Assembly: GCA_964187785.1 (NCBI GenBank)
Contig: CAXLNC010001431.1
Span: 498,934 to 560,000, forward strand
Source of the DNA: Amphiscolops sp. MND2022
Taxonomy: Eukaryota
Length of the DNA stretch: 61,067 bases
Reading direction: 5' to 3'
This document shows, in pieces, positions 45,016 to 57,190 of the stretch (its first letter is position 1; each line of letters starts with the position of its first letter). Under the pieces are notes generated by a model, which saw only the letters and a program-made list of their open reading frames with translations, ran no database searches and had not been told where the DNA came from. The position numbers and the translations under genes were made by a program.

Positions 45016-48000
45016 TGGCCTTAAACTGACACTGTGCAAGTTTGAAGAATCTTGTTCATGGAAGAAACGAATAATTCTACCAAGCAATAAATTCCGCGAA
45101 GTTTGAGTTTGATGAGCCATGTCATTCACTTTGAACGCAGAATTAGATAATTTCAAATCGAAGTAATGGAAAAAAATATCCTTCAAGAGGCGATTCATTT
45201 TATTGTCAAGTAAAGTATCATTGGGAGGCACTTGATTCTGCTGACTGGATGTTCCGGGCTCATTTTTTTTCATCAGTCTTCCTCCTTCTATTCAAAACAA
45301 CAACGAAAGAAATATCTCTAGTATTGGCTTTTCGCTCTAAACCCCTTAAAATGTGAATAATTCTTTCTGGGGACTCACTTCTATGCTGCATTGGATTCAA
45401 CCAAGGGGCAACTGTAAGGCTATTCATTGTAACATCCATATATAAGACAATCGTGGAGGGATTCGAATTTAGAGCCTGCTGATACAAATTTTTAGCCTCT
45501 TTGCAATTGTGATTAAACTTCGCTCCGGGTTTCAAAACCTTGACATCGAGTACACTGTGAGAATTGCTAGGATTCATAGCTACCTCAACATGTAAGATGT
45601 TAAATACCTGGAAGCCACAGACATGCAAACCTTCGAAGCGTTAAGCTTGACTTACAGATACTCCACAAAGCAACATTTAATTGTGACATGTGTTCTCCAC
45701 TGGTGGCCGCGTACATGTACTTCCCTGCTTTCTGAGTTGACGTTACCTGCAAACTATCAAAAACGCCAGGCATCTGCTCAGCAAGTTGGTTTTCCTGCAA
45801 CGCTTCCAAGGCTTCCTTTGAATGCGCTAATGGAATTTTTTGTACCAGGAAACATGACTCTGGGTATGGAGGAAATTTTCTTTCCCCATTGAACCTAACC
45901 TTTTTCATGCAATGACAATCTCGCAATCATGAGTCGGAACACGGACATAGTCGTCGACCAACCTACCTGCATGTTCAGCACTATCGACTTTTCCGAAATT
46001 TGCTTGAAACAACTGTTTAAATTCGGCTAGTACATTGTTTTTGAGCACAAGCAATTTTATCAAGGACATCCCCAGTAACATTTTTTAACCAAAACAAAAT
46101 GTGGTAGTGTTTCCAAATTAGCGGCAGCACTCTGAAACTCAGCCCTACCCCAAACTTTTAAAATTTCACCTGAAATGTGTTTTTCTGAATACCTTAATTA
46201 ATCTATGAGAACTTCAATTTTGTGGTCCAACATCTTACAATGATGACCGTGTTTGCCTGGAGCACTTCTTTTAGTTCCGCAGAGGTAGCACTACCGTGCA
46301 GTTCGTAAATTGCCTGAACTACTTCAGCAACCCCTGAATGTTTTTCTGATTGCAAGTGAATGTAACAAAAAGGTCTGGTGTTTCAGAAGCACAAGCAGTT
46401 CCTAAGCGATTTGCATGAACGTCGCTGTCGACGCTATCCATTTTAAGCACAGACTCAGTTGATGTTAGCTGTTGTGGTTTATACTTACCTATTGTTATAG
46501 TCCGTAGTCCTCGTATGAACAATCGTTGGTATGACACTTTGTTAAAGACAAGTTTAGAACACAATCGAATGCATACATGATGTAAGATAAATTTGATGAT
46601 GTTAACGAAGTGCTTCCTTTTAGTCTTAGACGCATGTGTTCATGGGGTCCATTGAATTCTAATTTTGAGCTTGCAATTTTGTACAGAAAAAAGGGCAACA
46701 TACCAGGAAGAGAACCATCTTCTAATTGTTCAAAGAAAATGCTGGGGAAAAAGCATGCTTCAGGCTGCAGGAGTGGTATTGATCAACCCGGCAGAGTAGA
46801 AATTAATTTTTGAAAAAATCGCTGAAATTTTTTACCTACGTGTTTAGGATACCTCAAGCGTTTGAAAAGTTGGCATTCGCCATTTAGAAGTACCTGCATT
46901 AGCACAAACTTAGAATCATTTGACAAGTACACGGGCTCACGGCCAGAGTCCGTGGCAAGAGCATCAGTTTCTTGGAATCCGGCATCAACTATCAGCTGAG
47001 GGCAGTCAAATCCATCCATGTTTGTTTCTGGTGTTTCGGTTGTTTGTGGTTGTTCGTGCTCAAAGCTCGGTCCTGGAAGTTTGTCATCAGTCTGCTCTCC
47101 TGCTTCTTCCAAAAATGGCTCATCGTCACTACTATCCTGGATGGCCTCATTTTAATGCGTATTGTCAACCAAAACCCTATCAGTTGAGTCAGCAAACTCG
47201 CGAAAGTGAGTTTTACACCGACGCAAAGCAATCTTTCCGGGAAAACGCCAAGCAGATTTTCTTGTACATATTTCAATTGCATTATTGTTTTTAGGTACAC
47301 TACATTTTCGGTTAGGTTTAAAGTAATCAGTAGACAAGGGCAGGTTATGTTCACGACAAAAAATTTCCTGACCTCCCATGTATTTCAAGTATCTTAGTTT
47401 AGTTTCCTCATTCAGGTCTGTTTTGGATACGTAAATTAAAAATTTCCATGTTCTGTTGTACTGGAATTCCAAAGTTGGATTTTTCTTAGCACGACTTCCG
47501 TCATTGATTCTGGTCCAAAAATTGGAAAAAGGCTCGCCATGTCTCACACTCTATTTATCTTCAGTAGGTTAAAAATTGGAAGTCTTTTCCGTTCGCAGAT
47601 GTTAAATTATAAGGTATTTGAGTGTCTCTGCTCTGGGACTCAGTGGCCACAACTAAAAGTACATCATTTCTGGTACAGTCGATTTAATATTATCTACAGC
47701 ACCGAGCGCAATTTATGACTTGACAACCTTCTAAATAGTCACAAAGAGAAACTAAGTGTTCCATTTGAGTCGGAAAAAGCTCACTGAATGCATTCTGCAA
47801 TCCATTAATGAATGATGAGTTTGCGTAGTTATGTCTAAGATTTTTACTGGCATTAAGACGTTTCAAAATTTTACATTATTCAGAAAGGTTCACATTTTCA
47901 TCGCAAAGTCAAAACATTTCAGACCATAATGAATCAGTGATTAAAAGTGCATGCGAAACACAAATAAACTGCCTTCTTGTGAGAAACCTTTCGGGAACGC

Positions 48001-49440
48001 TGATGGTTCGGAACCATAGCCGTCCACTTTATGACCATAAATTGAAGATTTCTTGAAATCATCGCGGAGTGTTGCATCTTCTGGACAACCTTCTACAAAG
48101 TCTTTCATCCGCGTTAAGGAATTCATGTTGAAGACTGAAGCGTTTTTACAATGTTCTTCTATAAGCGAGAATGAAACAGGAGCCTCAAATGATAAAAATT
48201 TCTCAGCAAGACGTGCACTGATTTCTTGATTTTGACAACATGTTCTTATTATTTCCCTAACATCACTTCTACAAATAATCATCAGTCTTTCAAGATCTTG
48301 ATGAAGATCAGGATAAGGAGGTTCGAAATTCCTGAACATGTGAAGGACGGTCGAGCTAACGCCACTGATGCGTCCGCTATCCACTCGATACATGGTGAAA
48401 GTAGCACTTTTAACTCCTATTTGAAGGTCTTACTGTTCTGACGCTGGAAACCATCAACGCTAACCTGTCGACGTTTTTCGGGCTGACGTTTCCTGCAACT
48501 GGATTCGTTAGAACATGAAAATATTTTAATAAAACACCGTTTTTATGGTCAGAGCAAGTAACTAACTGAAACCCTTTTTCATTGGTAATAACACATTGTG
48601 ACATGTTGAATTTTTCCAAAAGAGTCAATTGTTTCAAAAAAATCGTCCACCACTCCCTTTAAAAATTTGCTATTTGCATTAAAACTAGTAAAAGACGGAT
48701 AGAGCAAGTTGAGGATGTGATAGAATGAAATTCCACTACTTTTTTCAACAAATTCGAAACACGCAGCAGGACCCCTGATGTTTGGGAAGCAATGAACAGT
48801 TAGAGCTTTTACCAATGTTGCAGCTGTTTTAGTATTAATTAGAGTCCAAATGTCGTCCTTTTCGTGTGTTATATCACTGATTGCAGAATCAGTAATGGAA
48901 GTCGCTAACAACGGATGAACAGTATTCATGTTTTGTTTATATGATTTCTTGATTCCATTTGGTAGTAGTTAATACAGTTTTTCAGCGTTAGAGTTAAACC
49001 TGAGTGTCAAACAAAAGTATACATAACGCTCGGCCATGCATTAGCCCAGTCTTTGTGTCGATTGATGTTATTGTTGTAGTCGGTACAAAGTTGGCACATT
49101 CTGATTGTTTCCCCTGTCAACTCTGCCACCGGTTTACCAAACATAGTCCTATGTGAAGAGTCTCTGTGTAAAGTCTGGAAGTTACGATTGTATCGTTGCG
49201 TGTTAGTCCTACAGCACTCAGCACAACTCTCCGTCCCCGTCATCTCTACGTCGTTGGGGGGGATCTGGAAATGGGGACATATTCGTCATTGACCGCTGCT
49301 ATATCTTGTTCGTCATCACGCTTTTGAACTTGCTCTCTCCTGACATCTTGAACACACTCCATCTGCTGCAATGAAATAGTTGTGGATGTCACATCTTCGT
49401 CTGCTGTTTGCAATGCTGCTTCTTTCTCGGCCTCGGCCAC
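45016..49440 (-). mobile_element. Decayed divergent Helitron-type Rep gene, helicase absent
   Basis: PDLFVTFTCNQK (46319-46564 ORF), EFQSAAANL then frameshifted HYHILFW (HUH, about 46090-46130), RYLTSY (about 45585-45610). Long Cys-containing N-terminal region broken into many same-strand ORFs. Confidence 0.8.
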
Positions 49441-49898
49441 GTGGCATTATGAATCAAAAGATTTTTAATCAATTATTTATTTCCCACCCCTGTTTACTAC
49501 TACTCGAAATCTAACAATTCCATCGGGTCAAAGTCTGAGTATTAACAAGAAATAACACTGTTACTGAATGAACATTCCAGAGAAAGTTCAACAAAAAAAT
49601 GCCTCAAAATTGGTTTTGGACGTCGATTACACGTAATTTGCTCAAACTTATGCCAATCCAGTTTTTCAAGCAATAATCATGGCTTTTCAAGCAAGAATCA
49701 CGGCTTTTCACGCACGACGTGAATTTCTGCCGACTCGGGTTCCGAAGAACGTTCAACCGGTTGTGTATGAAGCTCATCAATAAATAAACCTGCGTGTATA
49801 CGAAAGACCCCCTCCCCTTCACATATCACCGGACATTTTGGACCTCAGCACAAGCATTAGCGCAAGCTACATCATTCCCAATGAAATGCGTTGCTCTT

Positions 49899-50104
49899 TA
49901 GAGTTGTAACTGGTAGAAAATTTACCGGATATTTCGGAGATTTTTCTACCGGATAGTTCTGAATAAAAATATCCAATCTTTTTTGCTTTACTTTTGTTTC
50001 TACATGACATCTTGGTTTATATTAAAAAAAACTAAAACTTTAGTGAAATTTTCGGCCAATTATTTCTTTTCGTTTCCGACATCCGGTGAATCGTTACAAC
50101 TCTA
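49899..50104. mobile_element. hAT-type MITE
   Basis: TIR TAGAGTTGTAAC / GTTACAACTCTA; 8-bp duplication TTGCTCTT / TTGCTTTT. Confidence 0.8.
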
Positions 50105-50140
50105 TTGCTTTTGCATACATATTAGACACTAGAAAGTGGT

Positions 50141-50295
50141 TACCGTATTTCTTCAAATACAGGCCGCGGCTTGAAAGTTTTTTTCCGTAGTGATTTCACT
50201 GCCTATATTCGAGGAAGTTTTGATTAAAAATTTCATGCTTAATGCGGCTTCTAATGGAGGGGGGGGGGGCGACTTCTATTCGAAGAAATACGGTA
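50141..50295. mobile_element. Tc1/mariner-type MITE (related fragment at about 25515-25636)
   Basis: TACCGTATTTCTTC(A)AATA / TATTCGAAGAAATACGGTA with terminal TA. Confidence 0.75.
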
Positions 50296-50307
50296 TTGGT
50301 TTAAAAT

Positions 50308-50650
50308 TAGTGCCAGCATAAATCACGCGCGTTCATGCCCAAAAATCACGCGCTTATTCATACTATTTTGAATTGAAAATCACGCTAAAATCACGGACAA
50401 ATAATTGGAAAAATGATTGAATTCAATTCAAATTTCCTGAATTTATATACAGAAACTGCAGTTGTTTGATAATTTCCGGGTCCAAACCTTGGCGGTTTAA
50501 AGTGGCAATATTTGAAAACTAGAATAGTTACTTCAAAACCATCATATTCGGCCGATTTCTAGTTCCGCTGTAAAATCACGCCTTGTCACGGAGCACTCTA
50601 ATTGGCTAGAAATCACGCTAATTCACGCGCGTGATTTTACGCTGGCCCTA
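50308..50650. mobile_element. hAT-type MITE
   Basis: TAGTGCCAGCATAAATCACGCGCG / CGCGCGTGATTTTACGCTGGCCCTA, AATCACG subrepeats, 8-bp duplication TTTAAAAT (1-nt register ambiguity). Confidence 0.8.
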
Positions 50651-51190
50651 GTTTAAAATTTTAAATACCCCTCAAAGGAAATTTCCATTCATCCTAGTCT
50701 TATTTAGAAAGTTTGACTATAAAAAGTTCTATGTTTTGTAATTTATAGTAAAAAAAATTGTGTGCTTTGAATAGTTCAGGTTGTTTTTCATCAGTTTTGT
50801 AGTTAGTTGATTGATTAGTAGTTTAGCCTGCATCTTGTTACTGTTTCACCTCAAATTCATCAGAAGTCATGTTTTGCTCCGAATATTGCGTAAATTCTTT
50901 GATTATTGCGCACAACACCCGAAAATTATTGAATTCACTTTCTTCATAAGCGATTAAGATTAGTTTTATTCACCCGACATAAAGAGCAGAAATTAATGCC
51001 CCAAAACAAAGTAGCAAGATGCTATTTTTCAGAAATTGTGCCAATTGAAATTTTGTTCATTTTAAAAATTATTTGTGTATACTGTAATGTAATTACCTAT
51101 TTTCTGCCAAATTTATTTTGTACTTTCGTTTTTTATTACCGCATCAGGAGTTAGAATTAGTTCTAAATTTGTTGGAGTAATTCTTTTGGT

Positions 51191-51673
51191 TTTTAGTCGG
51201 CGCTTTTCTTAAGAAAAGAGCCCGACTATTACAGTCACTCGTTTTTTTTTTATTTAAGACAGACTCGAAGCGACGAACGTTAACGTTCAACTAAAGGAAA
51301 CTAAATACCAGGGAAACGCGTGTAAATTATTCCAAAGGATCCCCCCTTTGGTTTTTTACTTTTTAAACGTTACCTACAAGCCCGGACGGGACTAAAGGGT
51401 CCCCCCTTTCGATTTTTTTCGGCACTGTGCGACTTTTTTTTCGAATTTTTTAAAATGTCCCCAAAGGGTCCCCCCTTTGACTTTTTTGTTATTTTGCTAC
51501 AGAATGCGTGTTTATAAATCAAAAAGGGTCCCCCCTTTTACATTTTTCGGCACTGTTCGACATTTTCCGAAAGAAAAGTTTTTTTTCGAAAATTTCAAGT
51601 TTTTTTCCAAAAAAATGTTTTGTGCTTTTTGAGCCTTAGATATAGCGCCGACTTGAGACGTTCCCGTCTTGTT
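51191..51673 (+). mobile_element. HINE/DINE-like element, complete
   Basis: TTTT-AGTCGGCGCT...AGAGCCCGACT at the 5' end; internal GGGTCCCCC / TTTCGGCACTGTG subrepeats; AGCGCCGACT followed by hairpin AGACG-TTCC-CGTCT and TGTT at the 3' end. Confidence 0.8.
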
Positions 51674-51972
51674 AGTCAATTAGCAAGGATCCTTGATATT
51701 TCTGTAAAATGCAAAAATTGCTGTAAACTGTTAACAGCAACTAATAACAGCAACTAAAATTCTGTAAACAGTGCTCTAAACAGCTATTGATAACAATTGA
51801 AAAAGATATTCAATTCAGAAATGTAAAAAAACACCCACAAAATGGTCTCAAAATTTCTATCAGCCACACCAGTCCATCATTACACTTGCGATAAGCAAGT
51901 GTTATGGGAAAGTGCGGGCGCTTTTTTTCCGCGCGACAACTCTCGTTTCACGCGGCAAGTCGCACAGTTCAC

Positions 51973-52740
51973 GCGTTCGTGGTCTAGTGGTAAGATGCTT
52001 GCTTTTCAACCAAGAGGATTCGTGTTCGAACCCCTGCCTATGCGCTAATTTTTTAAAGAAGTATTTCGAGGCAGAAGGTTCTCACTTTTTCCGGCATTAT
52101 GAGATTTTCTGCCTTTCGACTTTGTGAGACTTTCGAAAATTTTTTATCTCTTCAATTTGTTTGATATTTTACAAGAGAACAAATGTTAAAAAACCCCAAA
52201 ATGGCACTATGAGACTAAAAATTTTTTTCGAAAATTTTCTGAGAACCCAAAGGGTGTCCCCCTTCAATTTTTTGAAATTTTGTAACAGAATGGATGTTTA
52301 AAAAATCTCAATGGGTCCCCCTTTCACGGTTTTCGGCATTGTGAGGTTTTTGAAAAGGAATATTTTTCGTCTTAAATTAGGTTTTCTCAGGCCCAGCAAC
52401 GCTATATCCGATTTTTGTTTTTTTAAAGACCGGTGTTTTTTCTATGCGACTTTTATCAAAATTTTTTACAAGAAACGACACGTTTTGCGAGCGTAGAGGA
52501 CCCGTAAGGTTTTCGGCACTATGCGACTTACCGGAGACCTTCATCGAAAATTTTTTTTAATTCAATTTTCTGTTTTTTAAAATGTCCTAGACTTATGCGT
52601 ATTCCTTCGGGTTTTTTTTGGCGCTGTAAAATTGAAATTTCAACAATGTCCTTTTACCCTGGGTTCTCCGTATGATATTGCTTATTTGGTTTCCTTCAGA
52701 AGTTCGCAAGTGTTTGCGAAGCACGGCTCGCCTCTGTGTT
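51973..52740 (+). mobile_element. Composite element: tRNA-Glu-like head, HINE-type internal repeats, Helitron-like hairpin end
   Basis: TGGTCTAGTGG...TTTTCAA...GTTCGAACCC at 51973-52045; TTTTCGGCATTGTGAG / GGGTCCCC repeats; ends GCGAAGCACGGCTCGCCTCTGTGTT. Confidence 0.6.
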
Positions 52741-53099
52741 CAATTTCTTATAAGCTCAACTCTTTTGGTTCGTTAACGCCGATTTTTGGAGTCGAAAAAA
52801 ATTCGGCTACTTATGCAATCCTATCTTTTTATTCCTACCTTTCAATGAAAATTTCAAATTTCTCAAAAACTGTCAATATAATTTTTATTAAGTTTGATTG
52901 GGATTGGAAAAAAAACGACGCAAAGCCACTATAATAGTGTGTCCAATTTATAGCACCGACTAAAAAGGAGGGAAATTGAAAGAAATGGTATAAAAAACCC
53001 GCGTAAAAGAGGGGAAATTGGCGGAGATCACAACGCTTTGCAGCCTTCTGATAGTTTTTGTCGATATTGGTGTTTATCGGGTAATTAATTTCTTACAGA

Positions 53100-54800
53100 C
53101 CGATGTATGACTCATTAAATTCGAGGGTTCTTAATATGGTAATTAATGTGAACAATATTGCAACCGCATGGAGAGAAATTCATTGTCTGGAAAATATCAT
53201 CTGTATGTACGAACCTACCTACCGATCAATATGCAATCAGATCAATCTTCTAAATCACAATTTTTTTCTGGGCATTCCGATTTAGGCGTCTGCCCAGCTG
53301 TTTTGGTTGAAATTAGAAGGTTGAATGCGATTTTGTGCTCGAATTGGTTCAACCATAGATTGGCCGGAATGACTGCTATTGCTATGGCGGCTCCCGTCGC
53401 AACGACGTCTTTTTGTACATACCGTTCTGTTTCGCACACCGACATTTCCATAAGTTTTCGAAAGCATTCCTTTTCAACCGGAGGTGCTGCATTATCACAG
53501 CTGTACAATGTCTCCAGGCTAAATCGATTGCTTCATAGACGGGGACATTGGTGTTGCAAGTTTTCCACGTTCATCAAAAAAGTCGTTTCGCCCTCCTCCA
53601 GTCGAGTTTCGACTACTCAGTCAACTTACGCGGTTGTTTAATCGATGTTAGTGAAGTGGTGTGCGAGCCGGAGCCACTCGTTTAGTGTCTCATAATGACT
53701 CCTCCCAGGCAGCACGGGCGTGAGGAGAACGGGGGGGGGGCGTCTTTTGATGGACCTTCGCGAGACCATGCAGTCGGGCGGGGGATTGGGTTGAGTCCCC
53801 CTATGCTCTTCAACGTCTTGTACTGTTGATCATCTAGCATTATCTCATCAAGCAGTTTCTAGAGCTTTTTGTTAATCGTTTCTTCCACGATAACAGCAGC
53901 AGGGTTTTTCTTTGTTTCTGGGAGCTTCGCAAACTTTTCCATGTTGCCTTGATAAGTGTCATGTTTTCATTATGCAGAATCCAAGTCCCTTGTCAAATGG
54001 CACTGCTTTTTAGACCATGTTTAACGAGGTATTTTTTCACTCGTTCCAACATCTGGTCGTCGTTTTGTTTTTAGTCGGCGCTTTCATAAATAAAAGAGCC
54101 CGACTATTACAGTCACTCTTTTTTATTTAAGACTGACTCGAAGCGACGAACGTTAAAATTAACGTTCAACTACTAAATACAGTACTAAACTACTGGACCG
54201 GCATAGGCAAACGGGGAGCGCATTTAGGATAGTGCAAAGGGTCCCCCTTTCAGTTACTCCATTTTTATCGTAAGATACAAAACAGGACGAGACTATAGGG
54301 TTTAAGTTTTTTCGGCACTGTGCGACTTTTTTTCGAAATTTTTTTTGTCTCCAAAGGGTCTCCCCTTTCAAGTTTTTCGGCACTATGAGACTGACTCAAA
54401 GTTCTTATAGATTTTTTTTCAAAAAACCCTAAGGGTTCCCCCTTTTACAATTTCAAAAAGTTTGAGCTTTTTGAGTCTTAGATATGGCGCCGTCTTTAGA
54501 CGTTCCCGTCTTGTTTCATTTCCTTGGAATACCAAAGGGCCAACACATTGACTTGGTCTAGCTTTTCACGTGCTGCTGTGCTGTCATCTTCAATTCTGTG
54601 AAGTAGTGCATCCACGTCCGCCAGAAAATGGTGTTTGCTGAACTGAAGCTAGCGAAACCGCCTCCTAGCTTCAGTTCAAAACGTCACACTATAAAAAGTT
54701 CGTTATGCTAGCATCGTCCTGACATACTAAATCTGGATCTTGCGCATACTGGATGGTTTAATTGGCTTCCAGCAATTTTTTCTAACCAGGAAGTTAATGC
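53100..54800 (-). mobile_element. Degenerate Penelope-like retroelement RT region
   Basis: HFLADVDALL...WYSK; ARLHGLAKVH...RP; TNVPVYEAIDLA; YVQKDVVATGAAIAIAVIPANLWL (decayed GxAMGSPLAVILANLW). Split by a HINE at 54069-54514. Confidence 0.75.
54069..54514 (+). mobile_element. HINE/DINE-like element inserted in a Penelope remnant
   Basis: Same 5' and 3' terminal structure as 51191-51673. Confidence 0.78.
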
Positions 54801-55186
54801 TTCGTCTATAGGAACATGGAAACACTTTAGTAAAGCAGGGTTATTACGGAATTGAAGTGCAAAAAGACGTATGAAAGTATGAATTAAACAGTTGAAAACT
54901 CGGAAGGAAAAATGCGGGGGGAATCAAGGTATGTTTTTTGCTCATTCATGGCACAAAAAGTTTTTTTTTTAAAAAAAAACGTTTTCAGTTTGCTTTAATT
55001 CCGTACTTATTTTGTCAGTTCTGATCAGAAATGTTTAAAATTTTGTGTGGTTTACTGACTGTGCAATGAAATACATACGATATAAATACAATTCAATGCA
55101 TGGACAATCGAAAATTCACTTCTACCACGTTTTCAAACTTTTTGCTCCCATTTCTCATCAGCGAATACACTGTGTAACTTATTCAG

Positions 55187-55330
55187 CAGCAGTCGGAAGA
55201 ACAAATAATTGTTATTGGCCACGATGAGAAGACCGAAACCGAGGAGGTTGTGAATCGAGATGATTCGATTGGTGACGAAAGCAACATTAGTGGAGACAGA
55301 TTTCTGCGAGCTGCCGTGACGTCAAGCTAG
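55187..55330 (+). other. Possible orphan terminal exon (acidic peptide)
   Basis: TTATTCAG acceptor, then QQSEEQIIVIGHDEKTETEEVVNRDDSIGDESNISGDRFLRAAVTSS and a stop. No partner exons found. Confidence 0.25.
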
Positions 55331-55562
55331 CTTAGATGACATTTTAAAAATTTTGTGCAGTTTCGGTTATTCGATTTAAAATTTCCCGGATACGTTATGA
55401 CCGCACGAAAATTTCACTGCTCAAAATCAGAGCATGCATAATCCAAATAAATTTTTTTATTGAAATATTGTAAATCTAATTGTAATACTGTATCTTTGAT
55501 AAATTGTTAAGTTTCAATCATTAATAAACAGTTTCTGTTATTGACCTTGAAAGGCTATTTTA

Positions 55563-55792
55563 GGAGTCGGCTATTTTCGACTACTTATGAATTATTCGGT
55601 AAAATGGTACCCCTTCAGTCTCTACAAAGTTTTTGGCTTGAAAAAAGCGTTTTGCGGATTTAATAGGTCTCATTTTGGGTTTTTGGAACTGTAAAATTGA
55701 TGAAATTTTAACATTAGTTCTGAGCATATTTTTTAAAACTGCGGTTTTTGAGCTGTAAGTATAGCGTCGACTTTTGACGTTCCCGTCTTGTT
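55563..55792 (+). mobile_element. Short diverged HINE/DINE-like element
   Basis: 3' end AGCGTCGACTTTTGACGTTCCCGTCTTGTT; weak 5' end AGTCGGCT. Confidence 0.55.
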
Positions 55793-56131
55793 CCCTCTAA
55801 AATGAGTCATAAAACTTGAACAAATGTCTTTCACAACATTCAATCTTGATGACTAACGCCTGGACCCCATAAAATTGACATTGAAAGGTGTCGTTTCGGG
55901 TTCACTTTGAATATTTTGACTACCTTCGTTCATCTGTGCAGTTTGTTTTTCAGCATTTCAAAGAAAAGTGTAATAATAATTTACACTTTTCCTGAGTGAC
56001 TACTGGCTGCTCGCCCAATCAGCCATAAAATTGCAAAACGAACTCGTGATTGAACTTACAGATTGCCGGCAGCTACTCAGCTACTCTATTTAGCCAATTA
56101 TTCTAGTTTAGATTTTCGATTAATTACTCTG

Positions 56132-56405
56132 ATTGCTGAGACAGTTTCTATATGTTCTATCGCCGCAATAGCCGCTGTTGTTTGCAAACTTAAACACTAG
56201 CCATGGCTTCTAATTATTTCACAAAACAGCCCCCCCGACAGCGTCCATTTTCATACTCTCAGAACGTTAGCCGATGCTTATTGCTGAGACAGTTGCTATC
56301 TTTTCTATTACAATAGCCGCTGTTGCTTGGAAATTTTATAACACTAGCCGCGGTTTCTATTTTTTTTTGCAAAAAACAGCCACGACATAGTTCATTTTCG
56401 AAATG
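56132..56405. repeat. Two diverged tandem copies of an about 150-bp unit
   Basis: TTGCTGAGACAGTT...CAATAGCCGCTGTTG...AACACTAGCC...AAAACAGCC occurs twice. Confidence 0.7.
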
Positions 56406-56803
56406 TACCAGCACTCAGTGGTTTTCTCCAATTTTCGATTTTTCTCCTTTTTGCTCAATTATAAGGGGTCGGATTTTCAATTTTTGATCCATTTGTTTTC
56501 CCCGCCGTCTTTTTCCACGTGAAATGACACGAAAAGCAAAGGAATCTAATCCTCACTCTCTTATTCCTGGCTATCCTGGTTTTGATGACTAACACAGGTT
56601 ATAAACAATTTGCTGCATTGTTCGCTTTTGGAAGCATTTGGGAATTCGGGACATTTTATGGAAGAAACCTTCTTTTACACCTGGTTAATATGTTCTAAAT
56701 CTTTCACGCTTTTCTGTTCAAAATCATTCTCTGTTTTTCATATGTTGTAAATTTTCGTGGTCTCATTTGTATTGTTATCTGCTGTGGTACTTCTACTTTT
56801 TGA

Positions 56804-57190
56804 GGCTCTTTTCTGTTTTTCCAAAAATTTTTGAAGTATATTTTCTTAAACATTTCAGACTAGTCTAATTAAAAGTAATTTTTTCCATAACATCAAGTAA
56901 ACTTCTATAGAATAGTTTATTGTTTGAAGAAAATATTTTTCACGCATTTTGACTATAATTATGTTCGAATTAAGTGTTTTTTGTGACTCAAAACAGGAAG
57001 CTGTTGATTTTTCTATCGAGAATGCGTGACTTAATTGGTAAAATAGAGTGAACAAAATTTGCATCTCATTTCTAAACGGTCCCCTGGAAATAAATTCAAA
57101 ATTGAAGGTTTCTGGACTGTGTGTTTTTTTTGTTATAATATTTTCACTAATTTTTCACAAAAAATGGTGGTGAGGGGAACAGAAAAGAGC
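56804..57190. mobile_element. Second, internally deleted copy of the intron-1 foldback transposon family
   Basis: Same termini (GGCTCTTTTTCTG / CAGAAAAGAGC), arm homology to 10490-10742, spacer in opposite orientation, own 8-bp duplication CTTTTTGA at 56796-56803 and 57191-57198. Confidence 0.85.

Noticed and set aside
49440-52965. 5' terminus of the large Helitron-like element
   Set aside because: No convincing TC start or subterminal repeat could be tied to the Rep; the lone AGCACCGACTAAAAA at about 52952 is separated from it by unrelated repeats.
55222-55242. Hammerhead-like GATGAG...CGAAAC near the Penelope remnant
   Set aside because: The core lacks CUGA and no stems I or III form; it is better explained as coding-like sequence.
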